Shown piece after piece: positions 21,242 through 30,106 of a stretch of DNA of 53,714 bases. Every line of letters starts with the position of its first letter. Position 1 is the first letter of the stretch. Both the position numbers and the translations under genes were made by a program. The notes below the pieces were generated by a model. That model saw nothing but the letters and a program-made list of their open reading frames with translations. It did not search any database and was not told where the DNA came from. Location of the stretch: sequence record DRR378314_1164; one strand, 5' to 3'.

Positions 21242-23989
21242 TTGGTCTCGTTGAAATCTTTCTTGTCTGGTTCGGTATTATACTGTGCGGTATTGCTATT
21301 GATTGCTTCAACTTTTGGGGTAATGAATTTGGCTAGCGCGCAGTCAATGCCAAGCCAGAGCCAAATAGAGCAGTTTAAAAAGCTCCCTCGGGCTCAGCAA
21401 GAAGCATTAGCTAGGCAGTATGGTGTAGATGTCAGTATGCTAGACAGCTTAAACGGTAGCTCGTCGAGTTCACCTGCCGAGAGTCAAAAGCAGCAGCAGA
21501 ACAATGTGGTGTTTCCTCGTGGTACTAACTTTGATGAAAATGGTGACCCGATAATTCCTGAAGACTTAGAGGCTCAGTTCTCGCGTGAAAGCGATGAATT
21601 AAAGCCTTTTGGTTATGAGTTGTTTGCGGGGGAGCCGAAAAGCTTCTCACCAACCTCTTATGCGCCGGTTCCATCCAATTACATTATGGGTGTGGGCGAC
21701 AGTATTAAGGTACAGCTGTTTGGTAAAGAAAACAGAGATTATGATCTAACCATAGACCGCGAAGGTAAAGTGGTTATTCCAGACTTGGGCGAGTTAACGG
21801 TTGCCGGTTTAAGTTACAGCCTAATGCAGGAGCTTATCCAGAACCAGGTAAAGCAGCGGTTAATTGGTTTTAACGCAGCGGTTTCAATGGGCGAGTTGCG
21901 CTCTATTCAAGTATTTATTGCCGGCGAGGCTTATAAACCGGGCTCTTACACGGTCAGCTCTTTATCTACCATTAGCCAGGCGCTTTATGTTGCCGGTGGT
22001 GTATCCGATATTGCTTCGCTACGGTCTGTTCGCTTAATGCGGGCTGGTGAAGTGGTTGCAGAATTCGATTTATACGATTTGCTTTTAGAAGGTGATACCT
22101 CTGACGACAAAATGCTGCAAAGCGGTGATGTCGTTTTTATTCCGGCGCGTGGCGAGATGGTCACTGTTAAAGGTGAAGTGAAGCGGCCAGCTCTGTACGA
22201 GTTAAAAGGTGACGAAACTCTAAAAGATGCGCTGCGTTTTGCTGGTGGCAGCGAAGACGACGCCTACTTAGAGGCCGCACAACTTGAACGTATTGTTAAA
22301 GGCAAACGCTTAATTAGTACCGTCGATTTAACCTCTAACGCTCAGTTAAACGACGCTTTAAAAGGTGGTGACGTACTAACGCTACGCCAGGTTTCAGACT
22401 CTTTAGAAAACAGCTTATTGCTGGTAGGTGCCGTAACGCGACCCGGGCATTATGAATTGAAGCCGGGTTTGCGTATTAATGACGTACTTCGTAGCAGTCG
22501 CCATGACTTACTAGAACAAGCCGATTTACGCTACGGCTTAGTAGTTCGCGAAACCGGACCAAAGCGCGAGCTGAGCTTGTATCAGTTTAATGTAGCTGAA
22601 GCTATTAGCGGCATTGAAGGTGAAAACCTGTTGCTAAAAGAGCGCGATCAGGTTGTTATTTTCAGCCGCTATGAAATGAAAGCGGAAGAAGAGCAGCAGT
22701 TGTCACGTTATACACTGACTAAGCAAGAGCGTGAAGCTGAAGAGCGTCAGGAACTGTTGAATGAATATCGCCAGGCTTTTTTGCGGGACTTAGTTAAAGA
22801 TAAAGGTGTTAAGCTTCAGAAACTTGAAACACAGGAACTTGCTAATGCCACCAAACTCTTTGGTACACCAGACAAAGACGACGTAAATATTGCTAAGGAC
22901 AAATTAGCGCCTTACTCACGTGAAAATTTACTCGAACCGATAATGTTAAGAATACGTCAAGAACGTTCTAAAGCTGGCTCTGCACCGCTGGTTTATGTTG
23001 CTGGAGAGGTTAACCACCCCGGGGTTTACCCCTTAGTTGAAAACGCAACTGCCAGCCGCTTGGTTGATGCCGCTGGAGGCGTGAAAGATTCTGCCTATTT
23101 AAAACGAGCTGAAATTACCCGCTTTAAATATGGTGAAAGCTCCGGTGAAACTGAATATTTAACCTTGTCGTTAAATGACGTTCTTAGTGGGGAAGTTGAC
23201 ATGCCCATTCAGGGGCGTGATCGTTTGAATGTGCTGAGTATTCCTGAATGGCAAAACACTTATGAAGTCAGGCTCCGCGGGGAAGTTCGCTTTCCGGGTA
23301 CTTATGCTATTAAACGGGGAGAAACTCTTACTCAGTTAATAGAACGGGCTGGTGGCTTTACTGAGCATGCTTTTATAGAGGGGGCTGTATTTACCCGCGA
23401 AGAACTTAAAGCCCGGGAGCAGGAGCGTAAACGTATGCTGGCTCAGGAGCTGCAAAGAGAAATAGCCGGTAATATGATGACCGGAACCGGCGACAGTCGC
23501 GTGTCTTATGGCGAAATGCGCACACTGCTGTCCGATTTATTAAATGCCAAACCGGTTGGCCGGTTGATTATGGATTTACCTAAGTTGCTGAGTGGTAACG
23601 GTGCTAACGACGTTCAGTTAAAGGACGGGGATGCGTTGCATGTACCTTCTAAGAGTGATTCTGTTAGTATTATGGGTGAAGTGCAAATGGCAACTTCGTA
23701 CCGCTTTGACCCTGAAGTAAGCGTGGGCGACTACATTGAGCGGAGCGGCGGTACTAAAGAGAAAGCTGACGAAGAACGTATTTATATTGTGAAAGCGAAC
23801 GGTGCCATTGAACCTTATAAGGGCGGCAGCAGTTGGTTTAGCTTTAGCAGTAATGCTCAGTTAGGGCCGGGTGACACTATTATTGTGCCTATGGATACAA
23901 CCTATACCGAGAGTTTAGAGTTATGGTCTCAGGTTACAGGTATTATTTATAATTCGGCTATAGCCATTGCGGCAATTAACGGGCTTTGA
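21242..23989 (+). CDS. Large polysaccharide export protein, Wza/Poly_export plus multiple SLBB domains (OtnA/WbfF/KpsD-like)
   Basis: LKPFGYELF, YIMGVGD, repeated GEVxxPGxY motifs, C-terminal LGPGDTIIVP; TTG start after AAGGGG. Confidence 0.88.
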   Translation: MVSLKSFLSGSVLYCAVLLLIASTFGVMNLASAQSMPSQSQIEQFKKLPRAQQEALARQYGVDVSMLDSLNGSSSSSPAESQKQQQNNVVFPRGTNFDENGDPIIPEDLEAQFSRESDELKPFGYELFAGEPKSFSPTSYAPVPSNYIMGVGDSIKVQLFGKENRDYDLTIDREGKVVIPDLGELTVAGLSYSLMQELIQNQVKQRLIGFNAAVSMGELRSIQVFIAGEAYKPGSYTVSSLSTISQALYVAGGVSDIASLRSVRLMRAGEVVAEFDLYDLLLEGDTSDDKMLQSGDVVFIPARGEMVTVKGEVKRPALYELKGDETLKDALRFAGGSEDDAYLEAAQLERIVKGKRLISTVDLTSNAQLNDALKGGDVLTLRQVSDSLENSLLLVGAVTRPGHYELKPGLRINDVLRSSRHDLLEQADLRYGLVVRETGPKRELSLYQFNVAEAISGIEGENLLLKERDQVVIFSRYEMKAEEEQQLSRYTLTKQEREAEERQELLNEYRQAFLRDLVKDKGVKLQKLETQELANATKLFGTPDKDDVNIAKDKLAPYSRENLLEPIMLRIRQERSKAGSAPLVYVAGEVNHPGVYPLVENATASRLVDAAGGVKDSAYLKRAEITRFKYGESSGETEYLTLSLNDVLSGEVDMPIQGRDRLNVLSIPEWQNTYEVRLRGEVRFPGTYAIKRGETLTQLIERAGGFTEHAFIEGAVFTREELKAREQERKRMLAQELQREIAGNMMTGTGDSRVSYGEMRTLLSDLLNAKPVGRLIMDLPKLLSGNGANDVQLKDGDALHVPSKSDSVSIMGEVQMATSYRFDPEVSVGDYIERSGGTKEKADEERIYIVKANGAIEPYKGGSSWFSFSSNAQLGPGDTIIVPMDTTYTESLELWSQVTGIIYNSAIAIAAINGL

Positions 23990-24012
23990 CTGTAAATTCA
24001 CGTAAATGCCAT

Positions 24013-24041
24013 TTGCATTTTAAGGTGCATCGGCATAGTAT
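24013..24041 (+). promoter_or_regulatory. Putative sigma70 promoter of the gfc operon
   Basis: TTGCAT - 17 nt - TAGTAT upstream of the gfcA-like gene. Confidence 0.45.
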
Positions 24042-24116
24042 GAAGGTTGCTGTTAACTGGAATGTTTTCAGTCACAGCGATACATGTATCTATATCTCTG
24101 GAGTGAGGTGAATATT

Positions 24117-24440
24117 ATGAAAACTTTAGCATTAGCAGTTGTTGCTGCGTTTGGTTTAGCGACCGCGCCGGCAATGGCACAAGATGAAAGCACTGGTACA
24201 GCTGGAACATCAGCTTCAAGTGCAGGTATTGGTGGCTTGTCTACGCAGGCATTAGTGTTTGCTGGTGTTGCAGCCGCTGCAACGGTAGCCGCTGTTTCTG
24301 ACAGCTCATCTAGTCCAATTATTGATGGTGGTTGTACTGGTCCAGATTGTGATGAAGATCCCGATACTACTGTCACTGTAACTGTGACTGGTACAGGTAC
24401 CAATACTTATACAACTACAACGACTGTTCCTGTTCAGTAA
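24117..24440 (+). CDS. Small secreted Thr/Ser/Ala-rich protein, GfcA/YjbE-like
   Basis: Signal peptide ending AMA-Q, Ala/Val stretch, Thr-rich tail; first gene before gfcB-like; ATG 24117 after GAGGTG. Confidence 0.7.
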   Translation: MKTLALAVVAAFGLATAPAMAQDESTGTAGTSASSAGIGGLSTQALVFAGVAAAATVAAVSDSSSSPIIDGGCTGPDCDEDPDTTVTVTVTGTGTNTYTTTTTVPVQ

Positions 24441-24500
24441 CAGTGGTTTAGAGTCGGTTAGTGAAGCGCTTCGCTTGCCTGACTTACAAAAGTTTGTGAT

Positions 24501-24530
24501 AAAATACCGCCGTTCGGGCGGTATTTTTTT
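24501..24530 (+). terminator. Rho-independent terminator / attenuator between gfcA-like and gfcB-like
   Basis: aaaataccgcc-gttcg-ggcggtattttttt: perfect stem followed by a T7 run. Confidence 0.85.
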
Positions 24531-24577
24531 GTTCGTTATATGGTGCTGTTTACTTTGTTGGAATAAGAGATTCATTC

Positions 24578-25261
24578 ATGTTAATTCGCTATTGCTTACT
24601 CACTTTTTTGGCCGTTATTGTTTCTGGCTGCACCGCAGTTACCGACGAAGTTCGCGAAACAGTTGAGTATGCCTTTAAAGAGCAGCAGGACGCCGAACTC
24701 ACTCCTGAAGAAATAAAGGACTTTCCCTATACGGCCTTGTATGCTCAATGGGAAGGGTTTCCGCGTACACTTATTGTGCTGGGCTTTGTTGATAAACCCG
24801 GTGACAGGCATTTTGTAACTGCTGAAAAGGAAACGCTGGTAATACGCAACGGCCGCGTTATAAGAACTCAGGACTTAACCCAGAACTTACTGGCCACGTC
24901 CAATTTAAGTCAGGACCCCTTGCCGTGCATTATTACTCAACCTGCGAAATGCAAAATGAGTTGGCAGCGTGACTACGATTATCAATTAGAAACGCAAACC
25001 CTAAGTCGCACGGTAAATTCTCAGTTTTATGTACAGGAAGAGCAAACTCTGGATCTGCCCTTTGGTGAGGTTAATGTCACTTTAATAGAAGAAAAAGGGC
25101 GCTTTGAATTAACCGGAGAAACCTTTACTAACCGTTTCTGGGTTGAAAGCGACGGGCATGTGGTGAAAAGCGAGCAGCAGTTGTTTCCTGGTGAGGTGAC
25201 GTTGACATTAACTCAAGTGACCTGGATAGGTCGTGATTATTCTAATAAAGTAGCGAAATGA
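24578..25261 (+). CDS. gfcB: Group 4 capsule lipoprotein GfcB/YjbF
   Basis: Lipobox VSGC, FPYTALY, LIVLGF, NGRVIRT, NRFWV..DGHVVKSEQ. Confidence 0.8.
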   Translation: MLIRYCLLTFLAVIVSGCTAVTDEVRETVEYAFKEQQDAELTPEEIKDFPYTALYAQWEGFPRTLIVLGFVDKPGDRHFVTAEKETLVIRNGRVIRTQDLTQNLLATSNLSQDPLPCIITQPAKCKMSWQRDYDYQLETQTLSRTVNSQFYVQEEQTLDLPFGEVNVTLIEEKGRFELTGETFTNRFWVESDGHVVKSEQQLFPGEVTLTLTQVTWIGRDYSNKVAK

Positions 25262-28137
25262 GCCCGTTCATGAAAAAAACAGTGTTACTTTCTTTTACCC
25301 TGGCCGTGCTTGTAATGGTGGCTATGCCGGTAACAGCTAAAACGCAAAAAATTACCTTTGAAGGCCCGGTTCGTTTGCAGCAGGCGTTGTCTGCAATGCA
25401 AGAGCAGGGCCTGTTAGAAAACACCTATTGGCCGACAGCGCGCTTAATAAAAGTGGATGATCAGAGCCAGATAGATGCACAAAAACGTGCCGTACTTGGC
25501 AATTTAGCTGAACTTGAAGATTATTGGCGCGGCCGCAGAGAGACTGATAAAGCAGATGCCGCTGCTTTAGTTGCTAACCAAATAAAACGTTGGCGGTTAG
25601 GTAAACAACTAATCGGTGCTGTTAGCATAGAACAGGCGCGTCAACGTTTGGCAAATAATCCATTGCTGCCTGAAGGTAAGTTTCAACTGGTGGTGTCCGA
25701 TAGACCCGAAGTGACTTATGCCTATGGCCTTTTTGCAGAGCCCGGGCAATATGAGTTTCACTCGGGTAAAACCGTGGCTAACTGGATACATAGTATTGGG
25801 AACAATTCGGCGTTGCTTGCAGCGCACAATAAAACTCAGGCGGTAAAAGTATCGGTTGCAGGTGAGCTGGAAAGTAACTGGAGTTACTTTCAGCAGGATG
25901 CGACAGAGCTGTTACCTGGTAATATTTTGTGGTTAGGTTTCGAACCCAACCAGTTACCGCCTAAATTTAAAAGTTTGAATGCCGATATTCGTGATTTATT
26001 GCAGTACTTTGTTGCGGACGAGTCGGTTCGCGCCACAACTAATATGCCTTCATACAAAGTGAGTTCAGAGCCTACATCAGAGCGGCATTGGTCACGTCAG
26101 GATTTGTCTCCCAGCTATAATAACTATGGCTCGGTAGGTTTAATGCAAAACCCTACCGCTCGTATGGCTAAAGAAGGTGAATTAGCCATTAGTTATTCCG
26201 ATATTGAAGAGTATCGCCGTTACACGGTGAATTTGCAGTTGCTGCCCTGGCTTGAAACCACAGCATTTTATACTCGCTTCCCTAACCGTTTATATAGTGA
26301 TGTGCCAGATTTTAGTGGTGACTCAATATTGACGGACAAAGGCTTTGATGTAAAAGCCCGCTTATGGCAAGAAAGCTACTGGTTACCCGAAGTGAGCGTG
26401 GGCTTACGTGACTTAGCCGGTACCGGGCTTTTTGACGCAGAATATATTGTAGGAAGTAAACGTTTTGGCCCAGTCGATATTAGCTTAGGTGTGGGGTTTG
26501 GGCGTTTAGGTACATACGATGATGTGTCTAACCCTTTTTGTGAAGTGTCTGACGAATACTGCGATAGAAAAACAGGATATAGCGGAAAAGGTGGCGAGCT
26601 GGAATATGACCAGTGGTTTACCGGGCCTATGGCTTTGTTTGGTGGTATAGAGTACCAGACTCCATGGGAACCTTTAACCTTAAAAGCCGAGTACGAAGGC
26701 AATGACTACAGCCGTGACCAGGCCGGTGTGCCCATTGTTGCAGACAGCCGCTGGAACTTTGGAGCGAACTATCAGGTAACTGACTACTTCGATGTACAGT
26801 TAAGTTACGAACGTGGCGATACGCTAATGTTTAATTTTAGCCTGCGTACTAACTTTAACGAGCTAAATCAGGTTAAAACCACGCCATCTAAAACGCCGCC
26901 GCAAAAGCCGAAAGCCAATAACCTGGATGACGTTGACTGGGTAGCGATGCGGAGCGAAATGATTAAGCAGGGTGCTTTTAGTGGCGCTCGTTTTGCCGCA
27001 AGAGATGATGAAGTGACTATGTACGCTTATCATCGCCGTTTTCGTAACAGTGACGAAGCCTATGACCGTGCCGCCCGTATTATGGCCGCAGAGCTTCCTG
27101 AGTCAGTAAAAACTTACAATATGGTTGATCAGGTGCTGTTTGACCCTAGTGTGAATACTCAGGTTATTGCCGAGGAATTTAAACGCCGTATTCGTAATGA
27201 AGAACCGGGTAAAGGCGTTGATGAAACCGAAGAGTTATTTACACGTATTTACCCTGACCAAACACCGGGTAAAGACAGCGACGACTGGAAGCTGAACCCT
27301 GATTATAAGTTTGCTAACAGTTACGGGTTGAAGCCTTTTTTCCAGCAGGACTTTGGCAGCCCGGAAAACTTCCAGACCTATCAGCTGGGTGTGTTTGCAT
27401 TTGGTAGCCGTTGGCTTACAAAGAATATTGAAGTTTTTGCCGAAACTGGCTTTAACCTGGCCAACAACTACGATGGATTCAACTTTCTAGGTGGTGGTCC
27501 ATCTGAGTTGCCAGAAGTGCGTACTCAGGTCAGACGCTATATTAAGAATGACGTATGGCTAGATTCCGCACAGGTGACTTACCATAAACGTCTTGGTGAG
27601 GACTGGTTTGCTATGGCGTACGCTGGGTACCTTGAGCGGATGTTTGGTGGTGCCGGTGCCGAAATTTTATATCGGCCTATTGATAGCCCCTGGGCTTTTG
27701 GTGCGCACATTAACCGAGTGCGCCAACGGAACTTTACGGGTGGTACCGGCTTCTTAGACTATGAAGTGACAACTGGGTTTGTTAGTGCTTATTACCAAAT
27801 GCCGTGGTTGTCTGATACTTTATTGCAGCTGGATGCGGGCCAATTCCTGGCGGGGGACAAAGGCGTTAATGTGACGTTGCAGAAACGCTTTGACAGTGGT
27901 GTTATTGCTGGTGCTTACGCGGCCTTTACCAATGTCTCGTCGGAAGAGTACGGGGAAGGCAGTTTTACTAAGGGCTTTTTCATTAGCATTCCGTTCGATT
28001 TAATGAGCGTACGTAACACGCGTGAACGCGTTGGCTTTAGCTGGGTACCGTTGTCGCGTAATGGTGGCCAACAGTTACACCGAAGAACCCGCTTGTATGA
28101 TTATACGGATGACCGGTCACCGTTCTATAATCGTTAA
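25258..28137 (+). CDS. GfcC(YjbG)-GfcD(YjbH) fusion, capsule biosynthesis outer membrane protein
   Basis: N-terminal about 255 aa is GfcC-like (RLQQAL, NPLL..G.F.L....RP, LLPGNILWLGF); the rest is YjbH-like (GLMQNPTARM, DKGFDVK.RLWQES, GYLERMFGG, GQFLAGDKG, YGEGSFTKG); start may be 25270. Confidence 0.82.
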   Translation: MSPFMKKTVLLSFTLAVLVMVAMPVTAKTQKITFEGPVRLQQALSAMQEQGLLENTYWPTARLIKVDDQSQIDAQKRAVLGNLAELEDYWRGRRETDKADAAALVANQIKRWRLGKQLIGAVSIEQARQRLANNPLLPEGKFQLVVSDRPEVTYAYGLFAEPGQYEFHSGKTVANWIHSIGNNSALLAAHNKTQAVKVSVAGELESNWSYFQQDATELLPGNILWLGFEPNQLPPKFKSLNADIRDLLQYFVADESVRATTNMPSYKVSSEPTSERHWSRQDLSPSYNNYGSVGLMQNPTARMAKEGELAISYSDIEEYRRYTVNLQLLPWLETTAFYTRFPNRLYSDVPDFSGDSILTDKGFDVKARLWQESYWLPEVSVGLRDLAGTGLFDAEYIVGSKRFGPVDISLGVGFGRLGTYDDVSNPFCEVSDEYCDRKTGYSGKGGELEYDQWFTGPMALFGGIEYQTPWEPLTLKAEYEGNDYSRDQAGVPIVADSRWNFGANYQVTDYFDVQLSYERGDTLMFNFSLRTNFNELNQVKTTPSKTPPQKPKANNLDDVDWVAMRSEMIKQGAFSGARFAARDDEVTMYAYHRRFRNSDEAYDRAARIMAAELPESVKTYNMVDQVLFDPSVNTQVIAEEFKRRIRNEEPGKGVDETEELFTRIYPDQTPGKDSDDWKLNPDYKFANSYGLKPFFQQDFGSPENFQTYQLGVFAFGSRWLTKNIEVFAETGFNLANNYDGFNFLGGGPSELPEVRTQVRRYIKNDVWLDSAQVTYHKRLGEDWFAMAYAGYLERMFGGAGAEILYRPIDSPWAFGAHINRVRQRNFTGGTGFLDYEVTTGFVSAYYQMPWLSDTLLQLDAGQFLAGDKGVNVTLQKRFDSGVIAGAYAAFTNVSSEEYGEGSFTKGFFISIPFDLMSVRNTRERVGFSWVPLSRNGGQQLHRRTRLYDYTDDRSPFYNR

Positions 28138-28161
28138 AACAGTCTGAAAAGGATGTAGACA

Positions 28162-30087
28162 TTGAAACTTTTTAAGCTACTGATGCAACTGCCTCGTAAC
28201 GTAAAGCGGGGTATTGGTCTGGTTATTGATATAGGGTCAATAACTGTGGCTATGGTTTTGGCGTACTTATTAAGCTTTGATGCCATTGTGCCGTTGCGTT
28301 GGTCGCAATGGATTATTCTGGGCGGAGTAGTTTTAGGCATTACGCTACTTGCTTTTATTCGTTTTGGTTTGTACCGGGCGGTAGTGCGCTATGTTGGCTT
28401 TAAAGTGCTGAGTTTGGTGTTTTTTAGCGTTATATTCAGCGGTGTGCTGTTGGTCGCCGGGGCATGGGTAATGGGTATTTCTTTGCCTGTGTCCGCTGTT
28501 GTGAATTATGTGCTTATTGCATTTTTGCTGACAGGCGGCAGCCGTCTTGTGGTTCGCGAAGGGTATCAGCGGGTAATGAGTCGGCAAAAAGACCGGGTGA
28601 TTATTTATGGTGCAGGCTCGGCCGGACGGCAATTAGCGCAGGCGATATCTAACGGTGATGAGTTTCACCCGGTGTTGTTTGTTGATGATGACAGTGGCTT
28701 ACAGAACACCTCGGTTCTGGGGTTAAAAGTTATTTCGCCAGAGAATATCGAGCGCGCTATTCGCGACTTGGATATTCAACGTATTTTGTTGGCTTTGCCC
28801 AGCACGCTGCGCTCGCGGCGCCGTCAAATACTGGATGCTTTGGAAGCCCTGCCGGTAAAAGTACAAACCGTACCCGGTATGGCCGATATGGTGAATGGCG
28901 ACTTGTCGATTGACCAGCTACAGGACGTGCGGGTAGAGGATTTACTGGGCCGGGACCCAGTGACTCCGGCGCCGCAGCTAATGGAAAAGCATATTACCGG
29001 GCAAACTGTACTGGTAACGGGAGCGGGTGGCTCTATTGGTTCTGAATTGTGCCGTCAAATACTGAAGCAGCGGCCTAAGGCGTTGGTGCTGTATGAGTTG
29101 TCGGAGTTTGCTTTATACGCCATAGAGCGCGAGTTAACGCAAATTTGTCAGCAGCAGGGCATTGGTGCAGAAATTATTCCTGTTATAGGTACGGTTCAGC
29201 GACGCAACCGTATTGAAACTGTGTTGAGAACGTTTGCTGTGGATACCGTATACCATGCGGCGGCTTATAAGCATGTGCCTTTAGTTGAATACAATATGGT
29301 TGAAGGCGTGCGCAATAACGTATTTGGTACCTGGCATACCGGCGAGGCGGCCATTTCGGCTGGTGTTAAGCAGTTTGTGTTAATTTCAACCGACAAAGCC
29401 GTGCGGCCTACCAATGTTATGGGTACTACCAAACGCTTGTCGGAGCTTGTATTGCAGGGGCTAGCGCAACGCCAGCGCGGAACGCGTTTTTCAATGGTGC
29501 GTTTTGGCAATGTACTGGGGTCTTCCGGTTCGGTTGTGCCTTTGTTTAAAGAGCAGATTGAACACGGCGGGCCGGTAACCGTAACGCACCCCGATATTAC
29601 CCGCTTTTTTATGACCATACCCGAGGCTGCGCAGTTAGTGATTCAGGCTGGTACCATGGGGCATTCCGGCTCGGTGTTTGTACTGGACATGGGCGACTCG
29701 GTTAAAATTGTCGATTTAGCCCGCAAGATGATTCGTTTGTCGGGGCTGGAAGAGAAAACCGAGAAGAATCCGCACGGTGACATTGCTATAGAGTTTAGTG
29801 GCTTGCGGCCGGGCGAGAAGCTATACGAAGAGCTGTTAATTGGTGACAATGTAGAAGCCAGTGACCACCCGCGTATACTGCGTGCCAATGAGCAGTCGCT
29901 AAACTGGGACGAAATGGAGAAATTGCTGGGACTGCTGGATGATGCCTGCCAGCGTTTCGCCATTGACGAACTGCGCCAGTTATTGCTGGACGCTCCAACC
30001 GGCTACGCCCCGCTGGACGACCGTATTTGTGATGTTATTTGGAATAAGCACCGTACGTGTAGCGATGACGAAAGCGACGTCGCGTGA
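28162..30087 (+). CDS. wbpM: Membrane-bound UDP-GlcNAc 4,6-dehydratase (WbpM/PglF/CapD family)
   Basis: Four N-terminal TMs, YGAGSAG, EDLLGR, GAGGSIGSEL, HAAAYKHVP, STDKAVRPTNVMG, RFGNVLGSSGSV, GLRPGEKLYEEL. Confidence 0.92.
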   Translation: MKLFKLLMQLPRNVKRGIGLVIDIGSITVAMVLAYLLSFDAIVPLRWSQWIILGGVVLGITLLAFIRFGLYRAVVRYVGFKVLSLVFFSVIFSGVLLVAGAWVMGISLPVSAVVNYVLIAFLLTGGSRLVVREGYQRVMSRQKDRVIIYGAGSAGRQLAQAISNGDEFHPVLFVDDDSGLQNTSVLGLKVISPENIERAIRDLDIQRILLALPSTLRSRRRQILDALEALPVKVQTVPGMADMVNGDLSIDQLQDVRVEDLLGRDPVTPAPQLMEKHITGQTVLVTGAGGSIGSELCRQILKQRPKALVLYELSEFALYAIERELTQICQQQGIGAEIIPVIGTVQRRNRIETVLRTFAVDTVYHAAAYKHVPLVEYNMVEGVRNNVFGTWHTGEAAISAGVKQFVLISTDKAVRPTNVMGTTKRLSELVLQGLAQRQRGTRFSMVRFGNVLGSSGSVVPLFKEQIEHGGPVTVTHPDITRFFMTIPEAAQLVIQAGTMGHSGSVFVLDMGDSVKIVDLARKMIRLSGLEEKTEKNPHGDIAIEFSGLRPGEKLYEELLIGDNVEASDHPRILRANEQSLNWDEMEKLLGLLDDACQRFAIDELRQLLLDAPTGYAPLDDRICDVIWNKHRTCSDDESDVA

Positions 30088-30106
30088 TGTATAAATGGAC
30101 GAAACA

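Noticed and set aside
24068-24666. Alternative ORFs 24068-24403(-), 24306-24575(-) and 24475-24666(+)
   Set aside because: They are antisense shadows of the low-complexity gfcA-like gene or run through the terminator, with no RBS or recognisable motifs.
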